NCBI GenBank assembly: GCA_963665235.2
Contig: CAXXLX010000001.1
Coordinates: 1,152,001 to 1,216,000 of the forward strand
Reading direction: 5' to 3'
Length of the DNA stretch: 64,000 nucleotides
Source of the DNA: Candidatus Poribacteria bacterium
GTDB lineage: Bacteria; Poribacteria; WGA-4E; WGA-3G
Part shown: one piece after another, positions 31,957-42,898 of the stretch
How positions within the stretch are numbered: the stretch's first letter is position 1
Layout of the letters: each line of letters begins with the position of its first letter
Position numbers and translations under genes: made by a program
The notes under the pieces: model-generated
The model's input: the letters and a program-made list of their open reading frames with translations, nothing else
Database searches by the model: none
What the model was told of the DNA's origin: nothing

Positions 31957-33900
31957 CTACGGCCAAAAATTATACATCGGCTGCTGCGTCACAACACTGA
32001 TGAGACTCCAGATACCGCCAACGGTGAAATCGCCTAACATCAAACCGATAGCAAACATGACGAGCTTCCGAGAAGCACGTGGACCCCCCATTCGCAGAAC
32101 TCCCCACTTGATAACCGAACTCACAAGCATGCAACTCCACAAATACCGCATGCCCCAATCGCTTGAGACGACAAACCCAATCGGATGGAAGGGCCACCAG
32201 AAAAAACGTGCCCGCATGAACATCAACAACGTTGAAAAAAGCAGCCCGAAAAGGATGCCACCGGTAGCATAAAAATTCGGTTCAGTCGGGTAATAGAGCC
32301 AACGTTGAAGTCCGTTGAACGCGCGTCCCCCAAAACCGGTCGCCCAGCTACTCGTACCGCTCATATTCACAGCACCGTAGGTGTAAAAAAGATAGAGAAT
32401 AACGCCGAAAACCATCACAGCAGCGAAGGCAGAAATCCCTAACAGCGCGAAAAATAAACGTCTTGAGTGAATCGTAGAACGTTCTGCAAGCTTGAACCCT
32501 TCCAACTGATGCGGCATCGGGTGACTGGTATAACTCCGATTGAACCAGCGGTAAACCGTCAAGGCAACGAGGTTATTCACCCCCAATGCCCGTGTACCGA
32601 AGCTGTCAATGAGAATATCATGGTTCGGCATATTCTCCATTGCATGCACAGGAAACCCCTGCTCAGCACGCATCCGCGTCAGCACAAGCACGATGATGAA
32701 ATAGATTCCAAAAAACAGCGGTATCAAGTAGAAGGACATGCCGATACGCCTAGAGAAAATAAAGAGCAGGACAAACCCGCCAACAATTCCCCAGAGCGCG
32801 GCTCTGTACGGTATCGGTTCGTCCGTATCTTCCCTTGTGCGGTGCCGTGCAATGCGGAACACCCCTCGGAAATGGCGCATGTTCAACACCAACACCGAAA
32901 CGAAAATCCCGATAGCTGCACCGAAGCACTGCCGGTCAATGTACGGAAACCCTGGCAGATTAGACATCCCCGCCGCACTCGCGGCGACCAACTGTGCCTT
33001 GTAGAAAAAGAAGAAAAACCAGCTGGAAAACGAAAGGTCTAACGGCATCAACAGTCCAAGTCCAATGACGAACGGATAATAAGACATACTGATGCTTCCG
33101 ATGGCGTTCCACGGTTTTTCTGTGAACAGATGTCCAAACCCGCGCCATCCGCCGATACGTTTAACCGGAAGAGATGGAATTGTCGGATACAGAAAGCTGA
33201 AACCGTTCAGAATAGCAATGGATGCCGCAATGCCGAAACCGAGCCACATAATACGATTAGAAAAAAGCGATTTCGTGTTAGAGGTGACGTGAAACGCAAG
33301 CTGTGTAATCGGATAGGAGAGCCGTTCACGTTCTATCCACTGTTTCCGTAAAACGACGTTGAGACACAGCATCACTAGGACAAGCACCGTGATGAACGCC
33401 GTCCAGGATAGCAGCGGCACCATCCACCCGCCAATCACATCCAGCGTAGAGAGATTCGATTCACCTTTATAATACCCCGCCAGCACTTTTTGGTCATCAA
33501 TGAGAAGCCATTTCGGAAGGTAATCCCAAAAGAGCTGTTTCCATTCATTTTCGGGGGTTGCAAAGTAGAACGCATGTCCTATAGAGGTGACGAGAAGCGT
33601 CATCAAGGTGATAGATGGAAAAGCGCAGGCCGTGCTGAGCAGGACGTATATAGTCAGAAGCTCCGCATCAGCAAATAGGCGAACCCCAGTCGTACGCCAG
33701 ACAACAAGGTTAATTAGAGTGAATACGAAGACGACAAAGACGACGTTGTAAAACGGCACCGCATACGTGTTGAGCGCATAACCGACAAGCCCGACCTCCC
33801 CCGCGATTATCCAATAGAAATTAAACGGAATCAGTACAAGCGTAATGATTACAGATTTCCACGTAACACCATACGATTTCAGGGGAGTGTCCTGCCGCAT
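31957..33900 (-). CDS. Polytopic membrane protein, DUF6785/DUF6784-like (putative peptide transporter)
   Basis: ATPENEW, RKQW...ERLSYP, RMRAE.G, WWPFHPIGF, IGLMLG motifs; many TM helices. Confidence 0.7.
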   Translation of the reverse strand: MRQDTPLKSYGVTWKSVIITLVLIPFNFYWIIAGEVGLVGYALNTYAVPFYNVVFVVFVFTLINLVVWRTTGVRLFADAELLTIYVLLSTACAFPSITLMTLLVTSIGHAFYFATPENEWKQLFWDYLPKWLLIDDQKVLAGYYKGESNLSTLDVIGGWMVPLLSWTAFITVLVLVMLCLNVVLRKQWIERERLSYPITQLAFHVTSNTKSLFSNRIMWLGFGIAASIAILNGFSFLYPTIPSLPVKRIGGWRGFGHLFTEKPWNAIGSISMSYYPFVIGLGLLMPLDLSFSSWFFFFFYKAQLVAASAAGMSNLPGFPYIDRQCFGAAIGIFVSVLVLNMRHFRGVFRIARHRTREDTDEPIPYRAALWGIVGGFVLLFIFSRRIGMSFYLIPLFFGIYFIIVLVLTRMRAEQGFPVHAMENMPNHDILIDSFGTRALGVNNLVALTVYRWFNRSYTSHPMPHQLEGFKLAERSTIHSRRLFFALLGISAFAAVMVFGVILYLFYTYGAVNMSGTSSWATGFGGRAFNGLQRWLYYPTEPNFYATGGILFGLLFSTLLMFMRARFFWWPFHPIGFVVSSDWGMRYLWSCMLVSSVIKWGVLRMGGPRASRKLVMFAIGLMLGDFTVGGIWSLISVVTQQPMYNFWP

Positions 33901-34118
33901 CCGCTTGCGTCCTTATGAAAAGGGTTATTTTTCTTGACATCTTCAGCATCTCATTAATAGGTATGATACCATATATCAACATGCTGTGCAAGTCTATTTC
34001 GTTAAGGATCTTGGGGTTTCCACCCCCCTCTTAGTCCCGTAGGGACGATATGTTTATAGGAGCGTGGGGTTTCCTTCGCCTGTCTTTAGTCCCGTAGGGA
34101 CGATATGTTTATAGGAAA

Positions 34119-34596
34119 TCAGGTTACGGATGGCGTATCGTCCTCAAAAACATATCTCTCATCGTCCTCAAAAACATATCTCTCATCATAGGGAATATTG
34201 AAACGTTTTAGAAACCTAATACCATTTCTAATTGAAAATGTCTCTTTATTGTAGCATAAACTTCCAGTTTGTGCTCTTTTTGTGTCTTCCGTTCTCCGTT
34301 TGATTTCTAACAACCGGTAATGATAGAATAATTAATAAAAATGGTATAAGATATTCCTCACGGAAGGTAAGCCGCGCATGGTGTTTTTCCTGATTTTTGA
34401 TATAATTCGCCACAGTATCAAGATGAGAATGCGAATAGGTGAATGCAGCAAAACCTGTCTGCCATTCAAACCTTCCCCGCAGCCATCCTTTTATATACTG
34501 TTGCAGTTCTTCTTTATGTTGTTTTGAAATGAGGGGTTGTCTACCTTTTACAGCGAAGATGATGTGTATGTAAAGTTGGGTGTAGGTGTTAGGCAT
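34119..34596 (-). pseudogene. tnpA: Dead TnpA-REP paralogue: HUH region deleted, MITE inserted, ERYVFEDD duplicated
   Basis: Near-identical to 26425-26898 except for the loss of TGII...NK and the insertion at 34220-34346. Confidence 0.92.
34220..34346 (-). mobile_element. MITE family A, minimal 127-bp form with one repeat unit, TAA duplication
   Basis: TAA at 34217-19 and 34347-49; the intact tnpA shows the empty site with a single TTA at about 26822. Confidence 0.93.
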
Positions 34597-34608
34597 AATT
34601 TTTCCTCT

Positions 34609-35735
34609 CTATAAATATATCGTCCCTACGGGACTAAAGAGTGTGTGGGAACCTCCCGGCTTCTATAAATATATCGTCCCTACGGGACTATGCGGTTTTG
34701 GGGGTTGTGGTTTCTATAAATATATCGTCCCTACGGGACTAAAGAGAAAACGCAAAACGATTTCCTATAAATATATCGTCCCTACGGGACTATGCGGTTT
34801 TGGGGGTTGTGGTTTCTATAAATATATCGTCCCTACGGGACTAAAGAGTGTGTGGGAACCTCCCGGCTTCTATAAATATATCGTCCCTACGGGACTAATC
34901 ATGTGGCCGTTGGTTCTTCTATAAATATATCGTCCCTACGGGACTAAAGAGTGTGGGAACCTCCCGGCTTCTATAAATATATCGTCCCTACGGGACTAAT
35001 CATGTGGCCGTTGGTTCTTCTATAAATATATCGTCCCTACGGGACTAAAGAGTGTGTGGGAACCTCCCGGCTTCTATAAATATATCGTCCCTACGGGACT
35101 ATGCGGTTTTGGGGGTTGTGGTTTCTATAAATATATCGTCCCTACGGGACTAAAGAGTGTGTGGGAACCTCCCGGCTTCTATAAATATATCGTCCCTACG
35201 GGACTAATCATGTGGCCGTTGGTTCTTCTATAAATATATCGTCCCTACGGGACTAATCACGTGGCCGTTGGTTCTTCTATAAATATATCGTCCCTACGGG
35301 ACTAATCACGTGGCCGTTGGTTCTTCTATAAATATATCGTCCCTACGGGACTAAAGAGAAAACGCAAAACGATTTCCTATAAATATATCGTCCCTACGGG
35401 ACTAATCATGTGGCCGTTGGTTCTTCTATAAATATATCGTCCCTACGGGACTAAAGAGAAAACGCAAAACGATTTCCTATAAATATATCGTCCCTACGGG
35501 ACTAAAGAGTGTGTGGGAACCTCCCGGCTTCTATAAATATATCGTCCCTACGGGACTAATCACGTGGCCGTTGGTTCTTCTATAAATATATCGTCCCTAC
35601 GGGACTATGCGGTTTTGGGGGTTGTGGTTTCTATAAAGATATCGTCCCTACGGGACTAAAGAGAAAACGCAAAACGATTTCCTATAAATATATCGTCCCT
35701 ACGGGACTAAAGAGTGTGTGGGAACCTCCCGGCTT
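34609..35735 (+). repeat. CRISPR-like REP array: 22 copies of a 28-bp repeat with four shuffled spacer types
   Basis: Repeat CTATAAATATATCGTCCCTACGGGACTA; directly abuts the tnpA RBS; no cas genes in the window. Confidence 0.95.
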
Positions 35736-35800
35736 CTCTGACACGTTTCAGAGATGTTCTTAGAATCACAAACCTCTTGCCAATTGCTAATCGCCAATTG

Positions 35801-37261
35801 CTAATTGCCAATCGCCAATTGGCGTTGACGAATGTCAGCCCAAGGCCCAGTAATCGCAAGCGTAATGCCCGGGTGCTGAATATTGACAAAGAGCGTCCTG
35901 CCATCAGGGGAGAACGTTGCCCCCGCAAACTCCGATGTGTTCGCGGAATTGCGTGCAAATTGGTAGGTGTGTCCCTCAGGCGTTACCCCAACCAAGAACT
36001 GCTCCTTTGGCCCATCTTCACAGATAATGAGGTCGCCCCAGGGGGTAACCGTAAGATTATCAGCATTTTCAAGGAGCTTGCTGTCATCCGGTTCAATAAA
36101 AAGTTCAAGCGTGCCGGGCTTTTTTCCCTCTCGACTTGTGCCTTCATACGGGCTCGGAATGTATCGCCAGATTTGTCCTGCTTTTGCAACGCCGCCATTT
36201 GTGCATGCGAAATAGATTGAATCACCGCTGTACCACATACCTTCACCCCGTGCGAACTTCGCAGCCTGCTTACCATCAACCCCCTGTTTGCGCAGATCAT
36301 CTTTCGGTGCCTCTACATTTTCAATATCCACCCAGGCGACCGGCATCTTTTGCCCAATAGCAATAGGATTGTAGGTCCATGAGGTAGTTTTTTGTAAATT
36401 GTTCTTCCAATTCCGGGTATCCGCGTCCTTGATGTCTCGGATTTTCAAGGCTTGGAGGCGGCCCCCTTTGACAAGCTGCCCGGGTTCTTCAGGTATAAAT
36501 CGATAGATTAAGCCATCGTCCCTATCTTCGGTTTGATAAACAATACCGGTTCGTGCGTCCACAGCAATCGCCTCATGATTGAACCGTCCCATCGCCTTTA
36601 GCGGCACAGCTGGCACCAGCTCTTGCGTAGCAGAGACCGGCACCTCAAAATTGTAGCCGTGGTCCCGTTCAAACGTGTTCTCCATTTTTTGGACGTTCTC
36701 TTCACAGGTCACCCATGTCCTCCAGGGGGTCGGGCCTCCGGCACAATTGCGAATTGTTCCTACTAGGCTCAAGAAATGTTTCTCCAACGTTCCTGTTCGG
36801 GTATCATAAACAAGTGTCGTTGTGCCACCGAGGCAGGGCAATTCCTTAGAGCCCAGATCGTAAAATTTGTCGGTATCAACCCGCTGAATCCTCTCGTTGT
36901 TCCATCCGAACGGTCCCACGATTTTGTCAGTAGCCGTTAATTCGTGATTTCGGATTAGAATCGTTTTTCCATTAGGCCCTGAGAACGCTGCCATACCATC
37001 GTGTTTACCCGGCACCCAAAGCCCATCGTCCATCAGCTCGCCGACCCTAGAAAAAGCGTGACAATGAAACCCCTCTGGTAAGTCAAGGAGCTGATTTGGT
37101 GCTGGAACAAATTTATAGGGCGGCTCCGACTTCGGTTTGAAACCCGGCACCCGCCTGAGCAGCTTACGGCCAACGCCCGAAAACCCATAACCCACCGCTG
37201 CTGAAGCAGCAGCAACCGCGCCGTAACTCAGAAATTGCCGTCGAGATATATTAAATTTCAC
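35801..37261 (-). CDS. phoX: PhoX-family (DUF839) Tat-exported alkaline phosphatase
   Basis: SRRQFL Tat motif, HDGMAAF, RNHE, NCAGG.TPW..W.TCEE, GRFNHEA, EFAGATFSPDG.TLFVNIQHPG; GTG start inferred. Confidence 0.88.
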   Translation of the reverse strand: MKFNISRRQFLSYGAVAAASAAVGYGFSGVGRKLLRRVPGFKPKSEPPYKFVPAPNQLLDLPEGFHCHAFSRVGELMDDGLWVPGKHDGMAAFSGPNGKTILIRNHELTATDKIVGPFGWNNERIQRVDTDKFYDLGSKELPCLGGTTTLVYDTRTGTLEKHFLSLVGTIRNCAGGPTPWRTWVTCEENVQKMENTFERDHGYNFEVPVSATQELVPAVPLKAMGRFNHEAIAVDARTGIVYQTEDRDDGLIYRFIPEEPGQLVKGGRLQALKIRDIKDADTRNWKNNLQKTTSWTYNPIAIGQKMPVAWVDIENVEAPKDDLRKQGVDGKQAAKFARGEGMWYSGDSIYFACTNGGVAKAGQIWRYIPSPYEGTSREGKKPGTLELFIEPDDSKLLENADNLTVTPWGDLIICEDGPKEQFLVGVTPEGHTYQFARNSANTSEFAGATFSPDGRTLFVNIQHPGITLAITGPWADIRQRQLAIGN

Positions 37262-37516
37262 CGTTTCCGTTCTCCATTCCTCATTTTTTTTCTTCTGTAG
37301 GAGCGTGCTGTGCACGCGACATCTTCCGCAAAAATGTCAAAAACTAAATAGTCCTGACCGAAAATCAAAAACGTTTTGACAAAGTCCACCAATTTGTGTT
37401 AAAATTATACAAAACAAACTTAAGTATAACACAGATTGCATAAATATGCACAATCTTTCTTTGATAAAAAGCAGCAGCTACAAGGCGTGTGCTGTTAAAT
37501 AAGGAGAAACCGTGAA

Positions 37517-40069
37517 ATGGAGAATCACAGTTATGCCCCCGGAGAAATAGAACCGCGCTGGCAAACCGTGTGGCAAGAAAAGCAAGCATACACAGTCCCA
37601 AACGATATTGAGACGCTCAAGCAGAAACCGAAATATTATGTGCTCGGCATGTTCCCTTACACTTCAGGAGCTGGGCTCCACCTGGGGCACGCGAAAAACT
37701 ACATACCGACTGATGTGCTCGCCAATTTCAAGCGGATGCAGGGGTATCACGTGATGCACCCGATGGGATGGGATGCCTTCGGACTTCCGACCGAACGGAC
37801 AGCTGTCCATGAAAACGAACACCCAGCGCACATTACACAACGTAACACACAAACCTTTCTAAAGCAAATTCAACGAATCGGTTTCTCTTACGACTGGGCA
37901 CGCAAAATTGACACCTCTCTGCCTGAATATTATAAGTGGACGCAATGGATTTTCCTACGCCTTTATGAAAAAGACCTTGCATATATCGCCGATGTGCCTG
38001 TCAACTGGTGCCCCGCATTAGGCACTGTCCTCTCAAACGAAGAGGTACAGGACGGTAAATATGTCGAGACCGGTGACCCGGTCGAACGTCGCTCCATGCG
38101 TCAATGGATGCTAAAAATTACCGCCTATGCTGAACGTTTGCTGGAAGACCTAGACCTATTGGATTGGCCCGATGGACTTAAGGAGATGCAACGGCATTGG
38201 ATTGGGAAATCGGAGGGGGCAGACATCACCTTCAACGTCAAAGGGAGCGATGCAACGTTCACCGTTTTCACAACGCGCCCGGATACACTCTTCGGTGCAA
38301 CCTATTGTGTGCTTGCCCCGGAACACCCGCTCGTCTCCGAAATAACGCACCCCGACGCAGCAACGGCAGTTAGTACTTATGTTAAGGAGACTGTCAACAA
38401 ATCCGACCTCCAACGCACAGACCTCGCTACAGACAAAACGGGGGTTTTCACAGGGGCCTACGCTATTAATCCCTGTAACGGCGAAGAAATCCCGATTTGG
38501 GTCGCCGACTATGTCCTCATGACTTACGGCACAGGGGCAATCATGGCTGTCCCGGGACACGATGACCGCGACCACGAATTCGCCACAACCTTCGGCATTC
38601 CTATCGTTGAGGTTATCAGCGGCGGCGAAAACCCAATCGAAGCGGAAGCATTTATCGGCGACGGGGTGTGCACTAACAGCGGTTTTCTCAACGGACTCCG
38701 CGGCGACGCGGCAAAAGAGAAGATGATTACATGGCTCGAAAGCCAAGGAAAGGGGACACGGCAGGTCCAATACCGCCTCCGGGACTGGCTATTCTCACGG
38801 CAAAGGTATTGGGGTGAACCCTTTCCACTTGTGCATCTTGAAGATGGAACGATTGTCCAACTTACAGACGACCAACTGCCTGTAGAACTACCGCCCATTG
38901 ACACCTACAAACCGACAACGGATGGTAAACCGCCTCTGGCACGTGCCGATGAAACATGGTTGAAGGTGAAACTCCCAGACGGCCGAATTGCGACACGAGA
39001 GACCAATATCATGCCGCAGTGGGCGGGCTCCTGTTGGTATTATCTCCGTTTTCTGGATGCCCACAATACTGAGGCACCTTTTGACCCCGCGCTTGAACGT
39101 TACTGGATGCCGGTGGACCTTTACGTCGGCGGCGCGGAACACGCCGTGCTCCATCTGCTCTACGCACGTTTCTGGCATAAGGTGCTCCACGATTGCGGAT
39201 TAGTCTCCACAGTAGAACCGTTTCAGGGGTTGCTTCATCAAGGCATTATTCTCGCTGAATCCTACAAAGATGCTGCGGGCAAATACTATTACCCTCACGA
39301 AGTTGAGCAGGCCGCTGGTAAAACTGTAAGCAAAGCCGCTGGTGAACCGCTCCACGTTCAAATGGAAAAGATGTCTAAATCCCGTTTTAACGTCATCAAT
39401 CCGAACGAGGTCATTGATAAATACGGCGCGGATGCACTCCGACTCTATCTGCTGTTTATCGGCCCCGTCACAGCGAGTGCACCGTGGCAAGACGCGGGCA
39501 TAGAAGGGGTCTATCGTTTTCTACAGCGCGTCTGGCGGCTCGCCATCGATGAACAGAGCGGTGAACTTAGTACCAAGCTAACCGACGCAGCTGGCACATC
39601 GGAACCGGAGCTCTGGCGGGAACTCCATAAAACTATCAAACAGGTGACAGAGGACACGGAGTCCATCGACAAGATGAACACCGCAATTAGCCAAATGATG
39701 ATTTTTGTGAACGCTGCAACACAAAAAGAATCGCTGCCGAAGGAGACGTTGAAAACGTTCCTACATCTCCTCTCGCCCTATGCCCCGCACGTCGCACAAG
39801 AATTGTGGCATCGCCTCGGTGAAACGGAGCTCCTTGTGCACGCCGCATGGCCCGAATATGACAAAACGATACTTGAAAGTGCCACGGTAACCATTATCGT
39901 CCAAGTGAACGGCAAACTCCGAAGTCGGCTACAATTGTCCACAGATGCAACCGATGAAGAAATTGAGAAAGCCGCACTTGCTGACGAACGCGTGCAGCGG
40001 TTTACTGAAGGAAAAGAGCCACGAAAGGTTATCATTGTACCGAACCGTTTGATTAATATCGTTGTTTAG
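37517..40069 (+). CDS. leuS: Leucine--tRNA ligase
   Basis: MFPYTSG.GLHLGH, FTTRPDT, KMSKS. Confidence 0.98.
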   Translation: MENHSYAPGEIEPRWQTVWQEKQAYTVPNDIETLKQKPKYYVLGMFPYTSGAGLHLGHAKNYIPTDVLANFKRMQGYHVMHPMGWDAFGLPTERTAVHENEHPAHITQRNTQTFLKQIQRIGFSYDWARKIDTSLPEYYKWTQWIFLRLYEKDLAYIADVPVNWCPALGTVLSNEEVQDGKYVETGDPVERRSMRQWMLKITAYAERLLEDLDLLDWPDGLKEMQRHWIGKSEGADITFNVKGSDATFTVFTTRPDTLFGATYCVLAPEHPLVSEITHPDAATAVSTYVKETVNKSDLQRTDLATDKTGVFTGAYAINPCNGEEIPIWVADYVLMTYGTGAIMAVPGHDDRDHEFATTFGIPIVEVISGGENPIEAEAFIGDGVCTNSGFLNGLRGDAAKEKMITWLESQGKGTRQVQYRLRDWLFSRQRYWGEPFPLVHLEDGTIVQLTDDQLPVELPPIDTYKPTTDGKPPLARADETWLKVKLPDGRIATRETNIMPQWAGSCWYYLRFLDAHNTEAPFDPALERYWMPVDLYVGGAEHAVLHLLYARFWHKVLHDCGLVSTVEPFQGLLHQGIILAESYKDAAGKYYYPHEVEQAAGKTVSKAAGEPLHVQMEKMSKSRFNVINPNEVIDKYGADALRLYLLFIGPVTASAPWQDAGIEGVYRFLQRVWRLAIDEQSGELSTKLTDAAGTSEPELWRELHKTIKQVTEDTESIDKMNTAISQMMIFVNAATQKESLPKETLKTFLHLLSPYAPHVAQELWHRLGETELLVHAAWPEYDKTILESATVTIIVQVNGKLRSRLQLSTDATDEEIEKAALADERVQRFTEGKEPRKVIIVPNRLINIVV

Positions 40070-40146
40070 CGCACATTTTTTTTGAGGAGCGGGCTGCTTG
40101 CCCGAATACTTGTAGAACGGAAAAACATCCAAAGAAAGAGGCATCT

Positions 40147-41163
40147 ATGCGTATCGTAAGTGTGATTGGAGCGTTCATATTCATTTTCACAGCAATCGTG
40201 CCCGTGTTTGCAGCGGATAAATTGGTCTTTGCCATCCGTGAGCCGTTTCAACAGGAAGACGGTTTCCGAGCAACAACACGGACGCTTGAGAAAGGCAGAA
40301 GTACAAAAAAATGGTGGGAATTCTATCAGTACAACATCGGCACGATGAAGCCGGATGGCACAGATTTTCGCCGCCTCACCGAGGATGGCGTTTCGCGCAA
40401 ACCCAGACTCTCACCGGATGGAGAGCGAATCGCTTATATATCCGGCATGGACGAGGCAAAATCGCTATATGTCATGTGGGCAGACGGGACCGAGAAAAAG
40501 CGACTTCTCAAAAAACAGTTCGCTATCCACGATATCCGGTGGTCACCGCTAAGCAACGCCATCCTCGTTGTACTGGAGATTGACCGTGTGAAAGAACGGT
40601 TGGAAAATTGGGTGGTAACCGTCGATGGAAAAATAGAGCGGTGGCGAACGAAACAGTGGGCAGAAGGGTGGCTACATTGGGACCCGAAAGGCGAAAAGGT
40701 TAAAGAACCCCATAGAAGATTGCTTGAAGTGTTACCGAACGGAACACGCTGGCCCAAATGGTCACCTGACGCTAAATGGATTGCATTTACAACCGAGGGA
40801 CACCTCGCACTGGCAGCACCGGAAATTGTCAGTATGGGGCGAAGATGGTTCCTGCAACGCAACGAACCACCCTGTGAAAACATTGAGGAATGGTCACCGG
40901 ATGGCACACAACTCCTGTTTTATACATCAGGTGAAATCTGTGTCGCCACTATAGAGAACGGCAAATTCAAAAGCTATCTGAACCTCAGCCTTTACCGCGG
41001 ACGCGACGCAACATGGAGCCCAGATGGAAGCCAAATTGCATTTATCGGGAGCGACTCGAATGGACGACGCACCAGCGAAATCTTTATCTTAGATGTTGAA
41101 ACCGGTAAAATGCAGCAGATTACCTCAACAACTCACGATTACTTTGAACTACATTGGCGATAA
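40147..41163 (+). CDS. Secreted TolB-like (PD40) beta-propeller protein
   Basis: Signal peptide and repeated WSPDG motifs. Confidence 0.8.
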   Translation: MRIVSVIGAFIFIFTAIVPVFAADKLVFAIREPFQQEDGFRATTRTLEKGRSTKKWWEFYQYNIGTMKPDGTDFRRLTEDGVSRKPRLSPDGERIAYISGMDEAKSLYVMWADGTEKKRLLKKQFAIHDIRWSPLSNAILVVLEIDRVKERLENWVVTVDGKIERWRTKQWAEGWLHWDPKGEKVKEPHRRLLEVLPNGTRWPKWSPDAKWIAFTTEGHLALAAPEIVSMGRRWFLQRNEPPCENIEEWSPDGTQLLFYTSGEICVATIENGKFKSYLNLSLYRGRDATWSPDGSQIAFIGSDSNGRRTSEIFILDVETGKMQQITSTTHDYFELHWR

Positions 41164-41200
41164 AGCAAACCGATAACTAACTGAATTATTTTACTAACTT

Positions 41201-42898
41201 ATGACAAATTCTATATCTATGAAAAATGAAAAGCACGTTGATAGAAACGTTTCCATTATACCCTTAGGCGGCTTAGGCGAATTTGGACTCAACATGATGG
41301 TATATGAAACCGAAAATGACATCATTGTCATTGATACAGGTTTCATGCTGCCGAGCACAGACATGCCCGGAGTCGACCTGATATTTCCCGATATTCATTA
41401 CCTCGTTGAACGCAAAGATAAAATTCGCGGCATACTTCTAACCCACGGCCACGAAGACCACATCGGGGCTTTAGCCTATGTACTCCAGCAGTTAGACGTA
41501 CCTACATACGGCACACAGCTGACACTTGCAATCGCAAAGGGACGATTGAAAGAGTACGGCGTGCTAGACAAAGCACAGCTCAATACGATTGCCCCTGGGG
41601 ATACCGTAACATTGGGCGATTTTTCAGCCGAGTTCATCCACGTCACACATAGTATTCCCGATACAGTTGCAATTGCACTACGCACCCCTATCGGCATTAT
41701 CGTCCACACAGGCGATTTCAAGTTCGATGCAACCCCGATTGATGGAAAACTCACCGATATCCAGACGCTAGCGCGGCTCGGAGCCGAGGGCGTGCTGCTC
41801 CTACTCTCCGACAGCACAAACGCTAACTGGCCGGGGCAGACCCCCTCGGAACGGAGCATCTACGATAAGATAGACAATATCTTTCAAAAAACTGAGCACA
41901 GGCTGTTCCTCTGCACCTTCTCATCGAGTATACACCGGCTCCAGCAATTTATAGATTTAGCCGAAAAACATAGACGACTTGTCGCCGTCACCGGACGTTC
42001 TTTGATTAACAACATCCGAACCGCTTCTGAACTCGGTTACCTTAAGGTTAACCACGATTATCTAATTGACGCACGCGATGCTTCTATGTTCAAACCGCAT
42101 GAAGTCGTAATCTTATGCACAGGCAGCCAAGGCGAACCGCGGTCCGCCATGTCATTGATGGCACTCGATAACCACCCTTTTTTAAAGGTTGAACCGAACG
42201 ACACGGTCGTCATCTCCGCACGTATTATACCCGGCAACACAAAGTCTGTTGGCAATATCGTCAACCATCTGCTCAGACGCGGCGCAAGGATATTCCACCA
42301 AAACAACTCCGATGTTCACGTCTCTGGACACGGCGCAAGTGAAGACCTGAAACTTATGCTCAACCTCTTGCAACCCAAGTTCTTTATCCCGATACACGGT
42401 GAATATCAAAACCTTGTGAAGCACGCCGAACTTGCCGAGTCTGTCGGCATTTCAGAAACCAACATTAGAGTCGCTGAAGATGGAGAACTGATTAGGCTTA
42501 CCCCTGAATCGTGTGAGGTGTTTGAGCGGGGGGGACGTTCTGGCCGTGTCCTAGTTGATGGCAAACCGGACATTGAACTAGAGGATATTGTGCTGCGCGA
42601 CCGAATCCAACTTTCACAAGACGGCATGGTCATTCCTATTATCGTGCTCCACAGCGACGGCGGCGCAATTGCAACCGACCCAGAAATCGTTTCCCGCGGG
42701 TTTGTCTACATGGACGAAGCAGAAGACCTCGTCACGGAAGCAAAGGAAATCACCCGCCAAATTATTGAAAACCTAAGTGATGAACAGAAGCACGAAACAG
42801 AGACGGTACAGGAAGAAGTCCGAACCGGACTGCGCCGATTTTTCACGAAACGGATGCAGCGAAGACCGCTAGTCCTTCCTGTCGTTATGCGCGTTTAG
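41201..42898 (+). CDS. rnj: Ribonuclease J
   Basis: PLGGLGEFG.NM, THGHEDHIG, HTGDFK, HVSGH, PIHGE. Confidence 0.97.
   Translation: MTNSISMKNEKHVDRNVSIIPLGGLGEFGLNMMVYETENDIIVIDTGFMLPSTDMPGVDLIFPDIHYLVERKDKIRGILLTHGHEDHIGALAYVLQQLDVPTYGTQLTLAIAKGRLKEYGVLDKAQLNTIAPGDTVTLGDFSAEFIHVTHSIPDTVAIALRTPIGIIVHTGDFKFDATPIDGKLTDIQTLARLGAEGVLLLLSDSTNANWPGQTPSERSIYDKIDNIFQKTEHRLFLCTFSSSIHRLQQFIDLAEKHRRLVAVTGRSLINNIRTASELGYLKVNHDYLIDARDASMFKPHEVVILCTGSQGEPRSAMSLMALDNHPFLKVEPNDTVVISARIIPGNTKSVGNIVNHLLRRGARIFHQNNSDVHVSGHGASEDLKLMLNLLQPKFFIPIHGEYQNLVKHAELAESVGISETNIRVAEDGELIRLTPESCEVFERGGRSGRVLVDGKPDIELEDIVLRDRIQLSQDGMVIPIIVLHSDGGAIATDPEIVSRGFVYMDEAEDLVTEAKEITRQIIENLSDEQKHETETVQEEVRTGLRRFFTKRMQRRPLVLPVVMRV

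Noticed and set aside
34609-35735. True CRISPR array
   Set aside because: Only four spacer types reused many times, no cas genes or leader, and the repeat is dispersed across the window and flanks tnpA in inverted orientation, which fits a REP
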